From an uncultured Bacteroides sp. (GTDB lineage Bacteria > Bacteroidota > Bacteroidia > Bacteroidales > Muribaculaceae): 49,354 nt of DNA. The position numbers and the translations under genes were made by a program. This document shows positions 40,580 to 49,354 of this stretch, piece by piece (within the stretch, counting starts at the first letter, position 1; each line of letters starts with the position of its first letter). The notes below the pieces were generated by a model. The model worked only from the letters and a program-made list of their open reading frames with translations, was not told where the DNA came from and ran no database searches. The stretch spans positions 1-49,354 of the forward strand of contig CAYSLD010000001.1 of assembly GCA_964431795.1 (NCBI GenBank), read 5' to 3'.

Positions 40580-41620
40580 ATGAAATATATGGATAAATAC
40601 AATATAGAATATATGCGCCGTGCGCTGCAACTCGCTGCACAAGGGTTTGGCAACACCACTCCCAACCCCATGGTTGGCAGTGTGATTGTGAGCGCTGACG
40701 GCCGCATCATAGGCGAAGGATATCACCGCAAATGCGGCGAGGGGCACGCTGAGGTTAATGCCGTTGCTTCGGTACGTGAGTCGGACCGTGCGCAACTTCA
40801 CGATGCAACGATGTATGTCACTCTCGAGCCATGCTCACACTACGGCAAAACGCCTCCATGTGCAAAACTCATCATCGACAACAAAATAGGCCGTGTGATA
40901 GTTGGCGCACTCGACCCGTTTGACAAAGTCAGCGGCCGAGGGATAGCCATGCTTCGCGAGGCAGGGATTGACGTAGTGACCGGAGTGCTCGCCGACGAGA
41001 GCAAGCAATTGAACGCTCAATTCATGACAGCACACACACTCAAACGTCCGTTTATCACGTTGAAATGGGCGCAGAGTGCAGACGGATATATTGACCACCG
41101 ACGCACTGCCGATCAACCGGCTGCAAGATTTTCGAGTTCGCTTACCGGGGTCGGAGTGCACAGACTTCGGGCTGCACACGATGCCATATTGGTCGGGTCA
41201 AACACAATTATCGCCGACCGGCCACAACTCAATGTGCGCAATTGGCAAGGGCGCAATCCGCAACCGGTGATACTCGACCGCCGTCAACGGATAGACGTGA
41301 GCAATCTACACTTTGCCAAAGAGCCAATAATATATCATTGCCAACTCAGTGAGGCACTTGCCGACCTCTATGCTCGCGGCATCACATCCGTATTAGTTGA
41401 GGGTGGAGCTGCTGTGCTACAATCATTTATCGATGCCGGGATGTGGGACGCTGCGCGAGTAGAGCGAGCAGAGTTTGCGCTCGGCGAGCGCGGAGCCACA
41501 CCGGCGCCCAAGCTACACAAAACAGCCATAGCACAATATGAGGTAAACGAATCGCTAATCACATATCACTCAAACAACCCACTTTTCACGGCCTCACACC
41601 CTATTGTTGCAGCCATTTGA
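40580..41620 (+). CDS. ribD: bifunctional diaminohydroxyphosphoribosylaminopyrimidine deaminase/reductase
   Basis: YMRRALQLA, PNPMVG, HAEVNA, TLEPCSHYGKTPPC, LKWAQSADG, VLVEGGA. Start at ATG 40580 (40589 is possible). Confidence 0.95.
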   Translation: MKYMDKYNIEYMRRALQLAAQGFGNTTPNPMVGSVIVSADGRIIGEGYHRKCGEGHAEVNAVASVRESDRAQLHDATMYVTLEPCSHYGKTPPCAKLIIDNKIGRVIVGALDPFDKVSGRGIAMLREAGIDVVTGVLADESKQLNAQFMTAHTLKRPFITLKWAQSADGYIDHRRTADQPAARFSSSLTGVGVHRLRAAHDAILVGSNTIIADRPQLNVRNWQGRNPQPVILDRRQRIDVSNLHFAKEPIIYHCQLSEALADLYARGITSVLVEGGAAVLQSFIDAGMWDAARVERAEFALGERGATPAPKLHKTAIAQYEVNESLITYHSNNPLFTASHPIVAAI

Positions 41621-41712
41621 ATGTATAACATATTTGTTTACACTTAAGGTTAAAAACATATAAAATCACTGTATTTCACATGATTTATTATCATATAGTT
41701 GGCATATTTAGC

Positions 41713-41730
41713 GCAAAATTATAATTTTGC
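41713..41730. promoter_or_regulatory. perfect 18-bp palindrome containing the -7 element of the bamA operon
   Basis: GCAAAATTATAATTTTGC; TAATTTTG is present on both strands. Confidence 0.55.
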
Positions 41731-41762
41731 ACTTTAAAAACAAAGAATATACTCATTTAAGA

Positions 41763-43265
41763 ATGTCAAATAAAATTACTTTAAGTCTGGCAGCTACCGC
41801 AATTTTAACCGGCATGGTAGCATGTAACAGCGATAGCATTGATTCAGAAACAACACTCGCCTCGAGTGCATTAGTCACTTCATTCTCTCTTGCAGAGGAC
41901 GATGATGTTGTTGAAAACCTTGATTCAGTTTTCTTCTCAATTGATTTAGCTAACGCTCAAATTTTTAATGCCGACTCATTACCTTATGGTACCTCAATAG
42001 ATAAACTTGTACCTGTGATTTCAGTGAACAGTGCCTCAGTTATCGAGATGAAAGTTACTCGCACAAACGGCACCGACACAACATATAACTATATAGAAAA
42101 TTCAACCGACTCTATTGATTTCAGCAATGGTCCGGTAAATTTGCGTGTGGTTGCACTTGACGGTGTGACTGAGATGAACTACCAAGTGAAAGTGAACGTG
42201 CACACCATCCCGGCTGACACACTTGCATGGACACTCCTTGAAGAAAACAACTACCCCACACGTTTTGACAGTTTTGACGATCAGCGCACAGCTGAGACCG
42301 GCAACGGTGTTTATTGCTTATCAAAAAAGGCAACTGAATACTGCATAGCCACAGCCGAAAATCCCGAAGGTCAATGGAAATACACCACACCTCAATTCGG
42401 TTTCACACCAAATATCGACACATTTAACGGCACCGACGATGCTCTTTACATTCTTGATGAAGACGGCAATCTTTACACCTCAACCGACGGTAAAGATTGG
42501 GAAAACGTGGCATCAGGTTGGAGCTATATATACGGTAACTACGGCTCACAATTGGTAGGTTGCAAAAAGAACGGCAACAAATGGTATCACGTGAGCTATC
42601 CGGCAACAGAAGAAACCGAGCTAAGCTCTGACTTCCCCGTTAGCGGCACTTCAATCCCTGTCAACTACACATTCAACATGGGCACAACAAGCCAATTGTC
42701 GATTGTTGGCGGACGCCTTGCCGACGGCACACTCAGCGCCTCAACTTGGGGATACGACGGCACACGATGGGCAAAACTCTCGAAATACAATTTGCCCTAC
42801 GCACTCGAAAACGTAGCCGTAGTGCCCTACTTTGTCACCAGCTTCAGCTACAGCACATGGGTAGCAACTAAAGAGTCAGTATTACTCGCACTAGGAGGCA
42901 ATCTTGAAGATGGCACAATCAACGACACAATATATGTATCGCCCGACTTTGGTATGACTTGGGCCCAGGCCGACACATTGATGCAATTGCCGCCCAGCGT
43001 GCCCGCACGCACACGAGCACAAGCATTTGTGCATAAGCGCACATTCACCACATCACGTGCTGCAATGTGGACTCCGCTCTACAAGTTTGAAAGCCAAAAC
43101 TTAGTGATAAAAGCGACCAATCCGTATTCACGCGCCACAACAGCCATCACCGAGTGGGAATGTCCCTACATATATTGGTTTGGTGGCGAAGATGCAGATG
43201 GCAACACATATAAGACCGTATATCGCGGAGTTGTGAACCGTTTGACATTCAAACCGCTTGAATAA
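41763..43265 (+). CDS. lipoprotein (DUF6242-like, beta-propeller/BNR-type C terminus)
   Basis: Lipobox TGMVA-C from ATG 41763; FSID...IFNADSLPYG, IDFS..PV; Asp-box-like STDGKDW and SPDFGMTW; position upstream of the porG-uppS-bamA cluster. Confidence 0.72.
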   Translation: MSNKITLSLAATAILTGMVACNSDSIDSETTLASSALVTSFSLAEDDDVVENLDSVFFSIDLANAQIFNADSLPYGTSIDKLVPVISVNSASVIEMKVTRTNGTDTTYNYIENSTDSIDFSNGPVNLRVVALDGVTEMNYQVKVNVHTIPADTLAWTLLEENNYPTRFDSFDDQRTAETGNGVYCLSKKATEYCIATAENPEGQWKYTTPQFGFTPNIDTFNGTDDALYILDEDGNLYTSTDGKDWENVASGWSYIYGNYGSQLVGCKKNGNKWYHVSYPATEETELSSDFPVSGTSIPVNYTFNMGTTSQLSIVGGRLADGTLSASTWGYDGTRWAKLSKYNLPYALENVAVVPYFVTSFSYSTWVATKESVLLALGGNLEDGTINDTIYVSPDFGMTWAQADTLMQLPPSVPARTRAQAFVHKRTFTTSRAAMWTPLYKFESQNLVIKATNPYSRATTAITEWECPYIYWFGGEDADGNTYKTVYRGVVNRLTFKPLE

Positions 43266-43289
43266 ACGCTAATCGAATAGTGATTGAAT

Positions 43290-43970
43290 ATGCGCACAAT
43301 TAAAGCTCTCATACTATTTATAGCTTTGGCATTTGCCGGCACACTGCACGCACAAGAAGCGCCCTACAAGTTTGACTTTGGCGCAGGCATTGGTGCGAGC
43401 GGATATGCAGGCGATGCATCGTCGAGCGTATTCAAGCACCCCGGATTTGTTGGCGAACTCACAGCTCGCTACATACCCAACACGCGCATGGCATTCAGAG
43501 CCGTGCTATCAACCCTCAGCCTCAGCGGCAACACCGCCGACCTCGACAACGTGTTGCCCGAAGGCAAAGAATACTCATTCAGCTCACAAGTCTATGACCT
43601 TGGTGTGCGCTATGAGTTTAACTTTTTCAGCTACGGCATAGGCGAGACTTACAAACGTTTGCGCCGATGGAGCCCGTATCTCACACTTGGTGTTGGCGCC
43701 ACCCTTGCCACTTGCGACGGTAACAACGCATTTGGAGTGAATATCCCCATGGGCGCCGGCATAAAATATAAGTTGAAAGAGCGATTGAACCTTGGCATTG
43801 AATTTACGATGACCAAAGTGTTTAACGACCATGTTGACGGGCGCGACCTCAGCGACTTGACAACAATAAAATCATCATTTGTAAAAAACAACGATTGGTA
43901 TTCACGTTTCACCATCGGCATTACCTACGAATTTGGTAAGCGCTGCGAAACCTGCCACTACGTTGACTAA
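43290..43970 (+). CDS. porG: small outer-membrane beta-barrel, T9SS PorG-like (DUF6089)
   Basis: Signal peptide, alternating beta-strand pattern, YEFNFF, IPMGAGIKYK, C-terminal ITYEFG.RCETCH; immediately upstream of uppS-bamA as in Porphyromonas. Confidence 0.72.
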   Translation: MRTIKALILFIALAFAGTLHAQEAPYKFDFGAGIGASGYAGDASSSVFKHPGFVGELTARYIPNTRMAFRAVLSTLSLSGNTADLDNVLPEGKEYSFSSQVYDLGVRYEFNFFSYGIGETYKRLRRWSPYLTLGVGATLATCDGNNAFGVNIPMGAGIKYKLKERLNLGIEFTMTKVFNDHVDGRDLSDLTTIKSSFVKNNDWYSRFTIGITYEFGKRCETCHYVD

Positions 43971-43989
43971 AAATAAAGCAAAAACCGCA

Positions 43990-44748
43990 ATGACGACGAC
44001 GCATAACATAATCCCCGGAACAGTGCCTGAGCACGTTGCCATCATCATGGACGGCAACGGACGTTGGGCAGTGTCACACGGCATGGAACGCTCGGCAGGT
44101 CACGTCGAAGGCGTCAAGACCGTGCATCGCATCACAGAGATTGCCGGTCAAATTGGAGTGAAATATCTCACGCTCTACACATTCTCGACAGAGAATTGGA
44201 ATCGTCCGCAAGAAGAGATAGACATCTTGATGCATCTCATAGTCTCAGCCATCGAAGACGAGACACCGGGACTGATAGCGAACAATGTGCGACTGTCAGT
44301 AATCGGCGACTTGAGCCGTGTGCCCCAAGAGACATCCGACAGATTGAACAAATGCATCGACGACACCGCTCATTGCACAGGCTTAAACTTGATACTAGCC
44401 ATCAGCTACTCATCGCGCTGGGAGCTCACCGAGGCCGCCCGCAAAATAGCGCAACAAGCAGTAGATGGCACGCTCAAGGTTGAAGATATCACAGCCGACA
44501 CCGTCAGCGCAAACTTGGCCACAGCCACAGTGCCCGACCCTGATTTGGTGATACGCACCGGCGGTGATCTTCGCATATCAAACTTTTTGCTTTGGCAAAT
44601 AGCATATTCCGAAATCTACGTAACCGACACATACTGGCCCGACTTTAGCAACGACGACTTTGTGAAGGCGCTCAACACCTTTGCATCGCGTCAACGTCGT
44701 TTCGGTATGACCGGCGAACAAATAACTAACATAACATCAAACAAGTAA
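43990..44748 (+). CDS. uppS: undecaprenyl diphosphate synthase
   Basis: PEHVAIIMDGNGRW, FSTENWNRP, PDLVIRTGG, RISNFLLWQ.AYSE, RRFG. Start at ATG 43990. Confidence 0.96.
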   Translation: MTTTHNIIPGTVPEHVAIIMDGNGRWAVSHGMERSAGHVEGVKTVHRITEIAGQIGVKYLTLYTFSTENWNRPQEEIDILMHLIVSAIEDETPGLIANNVRLSVIGDLSRVPQETSDRLNKCIDDTAHCTGLNLILAISYSSRWELTEAARKIAQQAVDGTLKVEDITADTVSANLATATVPDPDLVIRTGGDLRISNFLLWQIAYSEIYVTDTYWPDFSNDDFVKALNTFASRQRRFGMTGEQITNITSNK

Positions 44749-44787
44749 TTAAATCGTATTACCCGCACCTATTCATCTACTCGATAT

Positions 44788-47397
44788 ATGCACTTAAAAC
44801 CTTACGCAGCATTAGGACTGCTCATGATGACTACAGCAGTATCGTCAGCGGCACAAACCGCCGACAATGATACTATATACAACCCGACGGTGGTTTTTAG
44901 CGGCATGCCCCGCACCTACGAGATTGCCGACATCAAAGTCACCGGAGCGCCTAACTATGACGACTTCCTCATTCTCGGCTACACCGGCCTCAAAGTCGGT
45001 GACCGTATAGAAATTCCCGGTAACGACATTACTAATGCCGTAAAACGACTGATGCGCCAACAACTATTTTCACAAGCGCGAGTGAAACTTGTGAAGACTT
45101 GTGGCGACAAAGCATGGATTGAGCTCGAACTTCGCGCCCAACCACGCATATCAGAGGTTAACTATAACGGCATGAAAAAAGGCGAACGCGAAGATTTGCA
45201 AGAGCGTTTGCAACTAATGAAGGGAAACCAAATCACCCAAAACATAGTGAATCGTGTGAAACTAATCACCGAAAAATACTTTGCCGACAAGGGCTTTGGC
45301 AATGCCGATGTTAGCATTGTGCTTCGCGAAGACCTCTCGAACAAAGAAGAAATGATTGTTGACGTGAACGTTGACAAGCACGACAAGGTGAAAGTTCACA
45401 AAATATACATTGATGGTAACGAAGTGATGAGCGACAGCAAGTTGCAACGTACCATGAAAAAGACCAATGAAAATGGCAAGCTTCTCAACATATTCAAACA
45501 AAAGAAATTTGTTGAGAATGACTATCACGATGACCTCAACCGCATCATACAAAAGTATAACGAAGAGGGTTATCGCGACGCTAAGATTATTAGCGATAGC
45601 GTAGCTCCTTACAACGAAAAGCTCGTTGACGTCTATATCAACGTTGAAGAAGGTAAGAAATACTACATCAAAGACATCTCATGGGTGGGTAACACCGTAT
45701 ATCCGAACAACGTGCTCGACGCATATTTGGGCATGAAAGCCGGTGACGTATACAACCAAAAGATGATGAACAAGCGTTTGAACGAAGACGAAGATGCAGT
45801 GTCAAGCTTGTACATGAACGAAGGTTATTTGTTCTATCAACTTGTGCCCATTGAGCGTGAAATCAGCGGTGACTCAATCTCGCTTGAAATGCGCATGATG
45901 GAAGGTCCGCAAGCCCGCATCAACAATGTTGTCATCAATGGTAACGACCGCTTGTATGAAAAAGTGGTGCGCCGCGAACTTCGCGTGAAGCCCGGTGAGC
46001 TTTTCTCAAAGAGCAACCTCATGCGTTCGTTGCGTGAAATTGCGCAAACCGGACACTTCAACCCGGAGAGCATGAACCCTGACGTGCAACCTAACGAAGA
46101 AAATGGTACGGTAGACGTGATACTTAACCTCGAGTCGAAAGCCAACGACCAAATTGAGTTCTCAATGGGTTGGGGTCAGACCGGTGTGATTGGTAAGTTA
46201 TCACTCAAGTTCACCAACTTCTCAATAAAGAACTTGTTCCACCCGAGCACATATAAAGGAGTGATACCACAAGGTGAGGGTCAAACATTCACCATCAGTG
46301 CACAGACCAATGCTCGCTACTACCAATCATACTCAATTTCATTCCTCGACCCGTGGTTTGGAGGCAAGCGTCCGAATTCACTCCAAGTATCAGCTTACTA
46401 CAGCCGTCAAACCGGTGTGAACTCATCGTACTACAACAGCTACTACAACAGCCTATATAGCAACTACTATTACAACAACTATTATAATAGCAGCTACTAC
46501 ACCGACAGCTATCAAAGCGCATACGACCCCAACAAGATATTGCAAATGGTTGGTATCAATGTTGGCTTTGGTAAACGCTTGAAATGGCCGGATGACTACT
46601 TCACATTCACAGCCGAACTCGGTTATAACTGGTACTACCTCAAAAACTGGGATTACTTGTACTACATGAGCAACGGTGTGTCAAACTCAATTGTACTTGG
46701 ATTGACCTTGGCTCGCTCATCTATCGACAACCCCTTGTACACACGCCGCGGTTCAAGCTTCTCGCTCAACTTGCAAATCACCCCGCCCGCAAGCTTGTTC
46801 ATGGGCAAACGTGATTGGAAAGCGCTCAGCGAAGCCGGCACAACAGCGTCAAAGAAAGAGCTCTACAAATGGATTGAATATTGGAAACTGCGATTCAAAT
46901 CGCGCACCTATACACCGCTCACAAGCAGCGAGCAATGGACTCCGGTGCTCATGACACGTGCCGACATCGGTTTGATTGGCAGCTACAACAAATATCTCAA
47001 AACACCGTTCGAGACATTCTATGTTGGTGGTGACGGTATGTCAGGATCGTACACCTATGCAACCGAAACAATTGCACTCCGCGGTTACGACAACGGTCAG
47101 TTCACTCCGTACAGCAACGGTTACGCCTACACACGTTATGGTGTAGAAGTACACTTCCCGCTCATGTTGCAAGCCACAACCACCATCTACGCACTTGCAT
47201 TTGCTGAGGCCGGTAACGCATGGACATCACTCAGCAACTTCAACCCGTTCTCGGTTAAGCGCAGTGCCGGTGCCGGTGTGCGCATCTACTTGCCTATGGT
47301 TGGTATGATGGGTATTGACTGGGCTTATGGTTTTGACTACGTACAAGGCACAAAAGGTGGCAGTCACTTCCACTTCATTCTTGGACAAGAGTTCTAA
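44788..47397 (+). CDS. bamA: outer membrane protein assembly factor BamA
   Basis: Signal peptide, POTRA repeats (Y...GY, V.I.GN...), barrel with LRGY and C-terminal HFILGQEF. Confidence 0.95.
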   Translation: MHLKPYAALGLLMMTTAVSSAAQTADNDTIYNPTVVFSGMPRTYEIADIKVTGAPNYDDFLILGYTGLKVGDRIEIPGNDITNAVKRLMRQQLFSQARVKLVKTCGDKAWIELELRAQPRISEVNYNGMKKGEREDLQERLQLMKGNQITQNIVNRVKLITEKYFADKGFGNADVSIVLREDLSNKEEMIVDVNVDKHDKVKVHKIYIDGNEVMSDSKLQRTMKKTNENGKLLNIFKQKKFVENDYHDDLNRIIQKYNEEGYRDAKIISDSVAPYNEKLVDVYINVEEGKKYYIKDISWVGNTVYPNNVLDAYLGMKAGDVYNQKMMNKRLNEDEDAVSSLYMNEGYLFYQLVPIEREISGDSISLEMRMMEGPQARINNVVINGNDRLYEKVVRRELRVKPGELFSKSNLMRSLREIAQTGHFNPESMNPDVQPNEENGTVDVILNLESKANDQIEFSMGWGQTGVIGKLSLKFTNFSIKNLFHPSTYKGVIPQGEGQTFTISAQTNARYYQSYSISFLDPWFGGKRPNSLQVSAYYSRQTGVNSSYYNSYYNSLYSNYYYNNYYNSSYYTDSYQSAYDPNKILQMVGINVGFGKRLKWPDDYFTFTAELGYNWYYLKNWDYLYYMSNGVSNSIVLGLTLARSSIDNPLYTRRGSSFSLNLQITPPASLFMGKRDWKALSEAGTTASKKELYKWIEYWKLRFKSRTYTPLTSSEQWTPVLMTRADIGLIGSYNKYLKTPFETFYVGGDGMSGSYTYATETIALRGYDNGQFTPYSNGYAYTRYGVEVHFPLMLQATTTIYALAFAEAGNAWTSLSNFNPFSVKRSAGAGVRIYLPMVGMMGIDWAYGFDYVQGTKGGSHFHFILGQEF

Positions 47398-47467
47398 ACC
47401 TTTTTGCAAATTAACAGTCTATAAGTATAAACTCAATAATTAACGATTAACAAATAACGCAATTGCT

Positions 47468-47983
47468 ATGAAAAGAATTGTCTTGATACTGACCCTCGGC
47501 TTGATGGCAACATTTTGCGCTTCGGCACAAAAGTTCGCGTTAGTCGACATGGAGTATATCCTTAAGAACATCCCATCCTATGAGATGGCCAATGAGCAGC
47601 TCAATCAGTTGTCACAGCGCTGGCAAAAAGAAGTTGAAGCGAAAGGTAAAGAGGCCGAAAACCTCTATCAAACATACCTCGCCGACAAAGTTTTTCTCAC
47701 CGAAGAGCAAGTAAAGAAACGCGAAGAAGAAATCGTTGCCAAAGAAAAAGAGACAACCGAACTTCGCTACAAATACTTTGGTCCGGAAGGCGAGCTCTAC
47801 AAAAAACGTCAAACACTGATCAAGCCCATACAAGATGACGTTTACAATGCAGTGAAAAAAATAGCACAAGAGCGCGGATTGCAAGCGATATTTGATCGCG
47901 CATCGGCCAGTGACATAATTTTTGCATCACCGCAAATAGATGTATCGAACGAAGTACTTGCAAAACTCGGATATTCGAAGTAA
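47468..47983 (+). CDS. ompH: OmpH/Skp periplasmic chaperone (copy 1)
   Basis: AQKFALVDMEYIL, coiled coil, IFDR...DVSNEVL; follows bamA. Confidence 0.92.
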   Translation: MKRIVLILTLGLMATFCASAQKFALVDMEYILKNIPSYEMANEQLNQLSQRWQKEVEAKGKEAENLYQTYLADKVFLTEEQVKKREEEIVAKEKETTELRYKYFGPEGELYKKRQTLIKPIQDDVYNAVKKIAQERGLQAIFDRASASDIIFASPQIDVSNEVLAKLGYSK

Positions 47984-48031
47984 CTTTGCAACTCACTCAG
48001 AATATTTACAAACTAAATTACACGATAAACA

Positions 48032-48532
48032 ATGTTTAAAAAAGTTATCATTGCTCTCGCAATCGCTGCTATGCTCCCCGTAGTTGCAGCAGCTCAAAAA
48101 TTCGGCGTAGTAGACGTAAACGCCATCTTCACCGCTATGCCTGAATCGACAGCTGCACAAAATCAGCTTAATGAAGCAAGCAAAAAATACGAAGAAGAGT
48201 GGAAGAAAATTGCAGAAGAAGTTGACAAAAAAATGCAAGAATATCAAAATCTCGCTGCAGACACTCCCGAGTCAATCAAAGAACGTCGCCTTCAAGAAGT
48301 GCAAGAACTTGACCAAAAAGCTCAACGCTTCCGTCAAACAGCCGCCGACGACCTCCAAAAGCAACAACAACAATTGATGGCTCCCATCCAACAAAAAATC
48401 GTTGACGCTATCAAAGCTGTAGGTCAAGAAGGCAGCTACACCTTCATCTTCGAAGACGGTGCATCTGTTTATCAAGGCAGCGACGTTGTTGATGTTACAT
48501 CAGCTGTTAAAACAAAGCTTGGCATCAAATAA
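48032..48532 (+). CDS. ompH: OmpH/Skp periplasmic chaperone (copy 2)
   Basis: AQKFGVVD, MPE, Gln-rich coiled coil, YTFIF...DVT..VK.KLG. Confidence 0.92.
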   Translation: MFKKVIIALAIAAMLPVVAAAQKFGVVDVNAIFTAMPESTAAQNQLNEASKKYEEEWKKIAEEVDKKMQEYQNLAADTPESIKERRLQEVQELDQKAQRFRQTAADDLQKQQQQLMAPIQQKIVDAIKAVGQEGSYTFIFEDGASVYQGSDVVDVTSAVKTKLGIK

Positions 48533-48555
48533 TTTTGAGAACAACATACCTTATT

Positions 48556-48584
48556 AAAAGCTCTGCCCGGCGCAGAGCTTTTTT
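48556..48584 (+). terminator. rho-independent terminator after the ompH genes
   Basis: AAAAGCTCTGC-CCGGC-GCAGAGCTTTTTT. Confidence 0.85.
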
Positions 48585-48617
48585 AATTTAAAAATATATC
48601 TAAAACAACTTACAACA

Positions 48618-49226
48618 ATGAAAGCACTACTAATAAACGGCAGCCCACGCGCCAACGGAAACACACATCAAGCACTCACAGAAGTGGCAAATCAGCTCAA
48701 AAAACACGGCATAGACTCAACAATCATTTGGATTGGAGTGAAACCGGTGCAAGGCTGCATTTCATGCCATTCATGCTTGAAAACCGGGCGCTGTGCATTC
48801 ACCGACACAGTGTACAACGACGTGCGCACTGCGCTCGAAGATGCCGATGCCGTAATAGTTGGCTCACCCACATACTACGGCGGCCCCAACGGCTCGCTAT
48901 GTGCCCTACTCGACCGTGTGTTTTACTCATCGCAGCGCTATCTGCAAAACAAGGTTTGGGCAGCAGTGACCATTTGCCGCCGAGGTGGCTCAACAGCAGC
49001 GTTCCAACGGCTGAACATGTATGCCGACATGAGCAACATGATACATGCCACATCACAGTATTGGAACATAGTGTTTGGCGGACGACCCGGCGAAGTGCAA
49101 CAAGATGCCGAAGGCCTGCAAACCATGCGCACACTTGCCGACAACATTGCATGGCTGGTGAACTGCACGCACAACAATCCCGCCCCCGAGCGCAACGACA
49201 TCACTTGGACCAACTTCATACGCTAA
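48618..49226 (+). CDS. flavodoxin family / iron-sulfur flavoprotein (NADPH-dependent FMN reductase fold)
   Basis: INGSPRANGNT, CISCHSC....RC cysteine cluster, GSPTYYG, LLDR, RRGG. Confidence 0.9.
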   Translation: MKALLINGSPRANGNTHQALTEVANQLKKHGIDSTIIWIGVKPVQGCISCHSCLKTGRCAFTDTVYNDVRTALEDADAVIVGSPTYYGGPNGSLCALLDRVFYSSQRYLQNKVWAAVTICRRGGSTAAFQRLNMYADMSNMIHATSQYWNIVFGGRPGEVQQDAEGLQTMRTLADNIAWLVNCTHNNPAPERNDITWTNFIR

Positions 49227-49247
49227 ATAGTTAAAATGCGTTAATTG

Positions 49248-49280
49248 TTTGGTGGGATATGGGATTAATTTGTAATTTTG
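49248..49280 (+). promoter_or_regulatory. promoter of tmRNA
   Basis: TTTG (49248-49251), 21-nt spacer, TAATTTTG (49273-49280). Confidence 0.7.
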
Positions 49281-49303
49281 TGCGCTTTAAGCACCGCAAA
49301 CAT

Positions 49304-49354
49304 GGGGTTGACCGGTTTTGACAGCGTGTAGAGGTGGTGTGTAAGCGTGCAGAG
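49304..49354 (+). ncRNA. ssrA: tmRNA, 5' end (truncated by the window edge)
   Basis: GGGGTTGACCGGTTTTGACAGCG matches the conserved tmRNA 5' pattern GGGG.TGA..GG.TT.GAC, downstream of a consensus promoter. Confidence 0.8.

Overview
Chromosomal window from an anaerobic Bacteroidales bacterium, judged from repeated TTTG-N19-21-TAnnTTTG promoters, T9SS-related genes and the porG-uppS-bamA-ompH-ompH order. Housekeeping content: partial clpB, nrdDG, nitroreductase, rubrerythrin, pyk, an rpoN-PAP2-purE-ispG-M16 peptidase-anSME operon, ribD, the bamA operon, a flavodoxin and the 5' end of tmRNA. There are also three secreted glycosidases (two GH2, one GH29). The standout is a 12.4-kb, nine-gene operon (13617-25969) that looks like a complete trans-envelope Ser/Thr phospho-signalling circuit. 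It encodes three Hanks-type kinases (one soluble RD kinase-FHA and two membrane non-RD kinases, one with a large YD/RHS-like ectodomain), a PP2C-TM-LysM phosphatase, an FHA-TM-trypsin protease followed by an apparently catalytically dead protease-like partner, two FHA adaptors and a secreted BACON protein. Other notable items: an (AT)10 tract inside the promoter spacer of a surface-protein pair (likely phase variation), an unexplained structured intergenic segment at about 33350-33540, a repeat-palindrome-repeat element upstream of nrdD, and a sigma54-like element plus TGACA repeats upstream of clpB. All calls come from motif reading by eye; no database searches were run.
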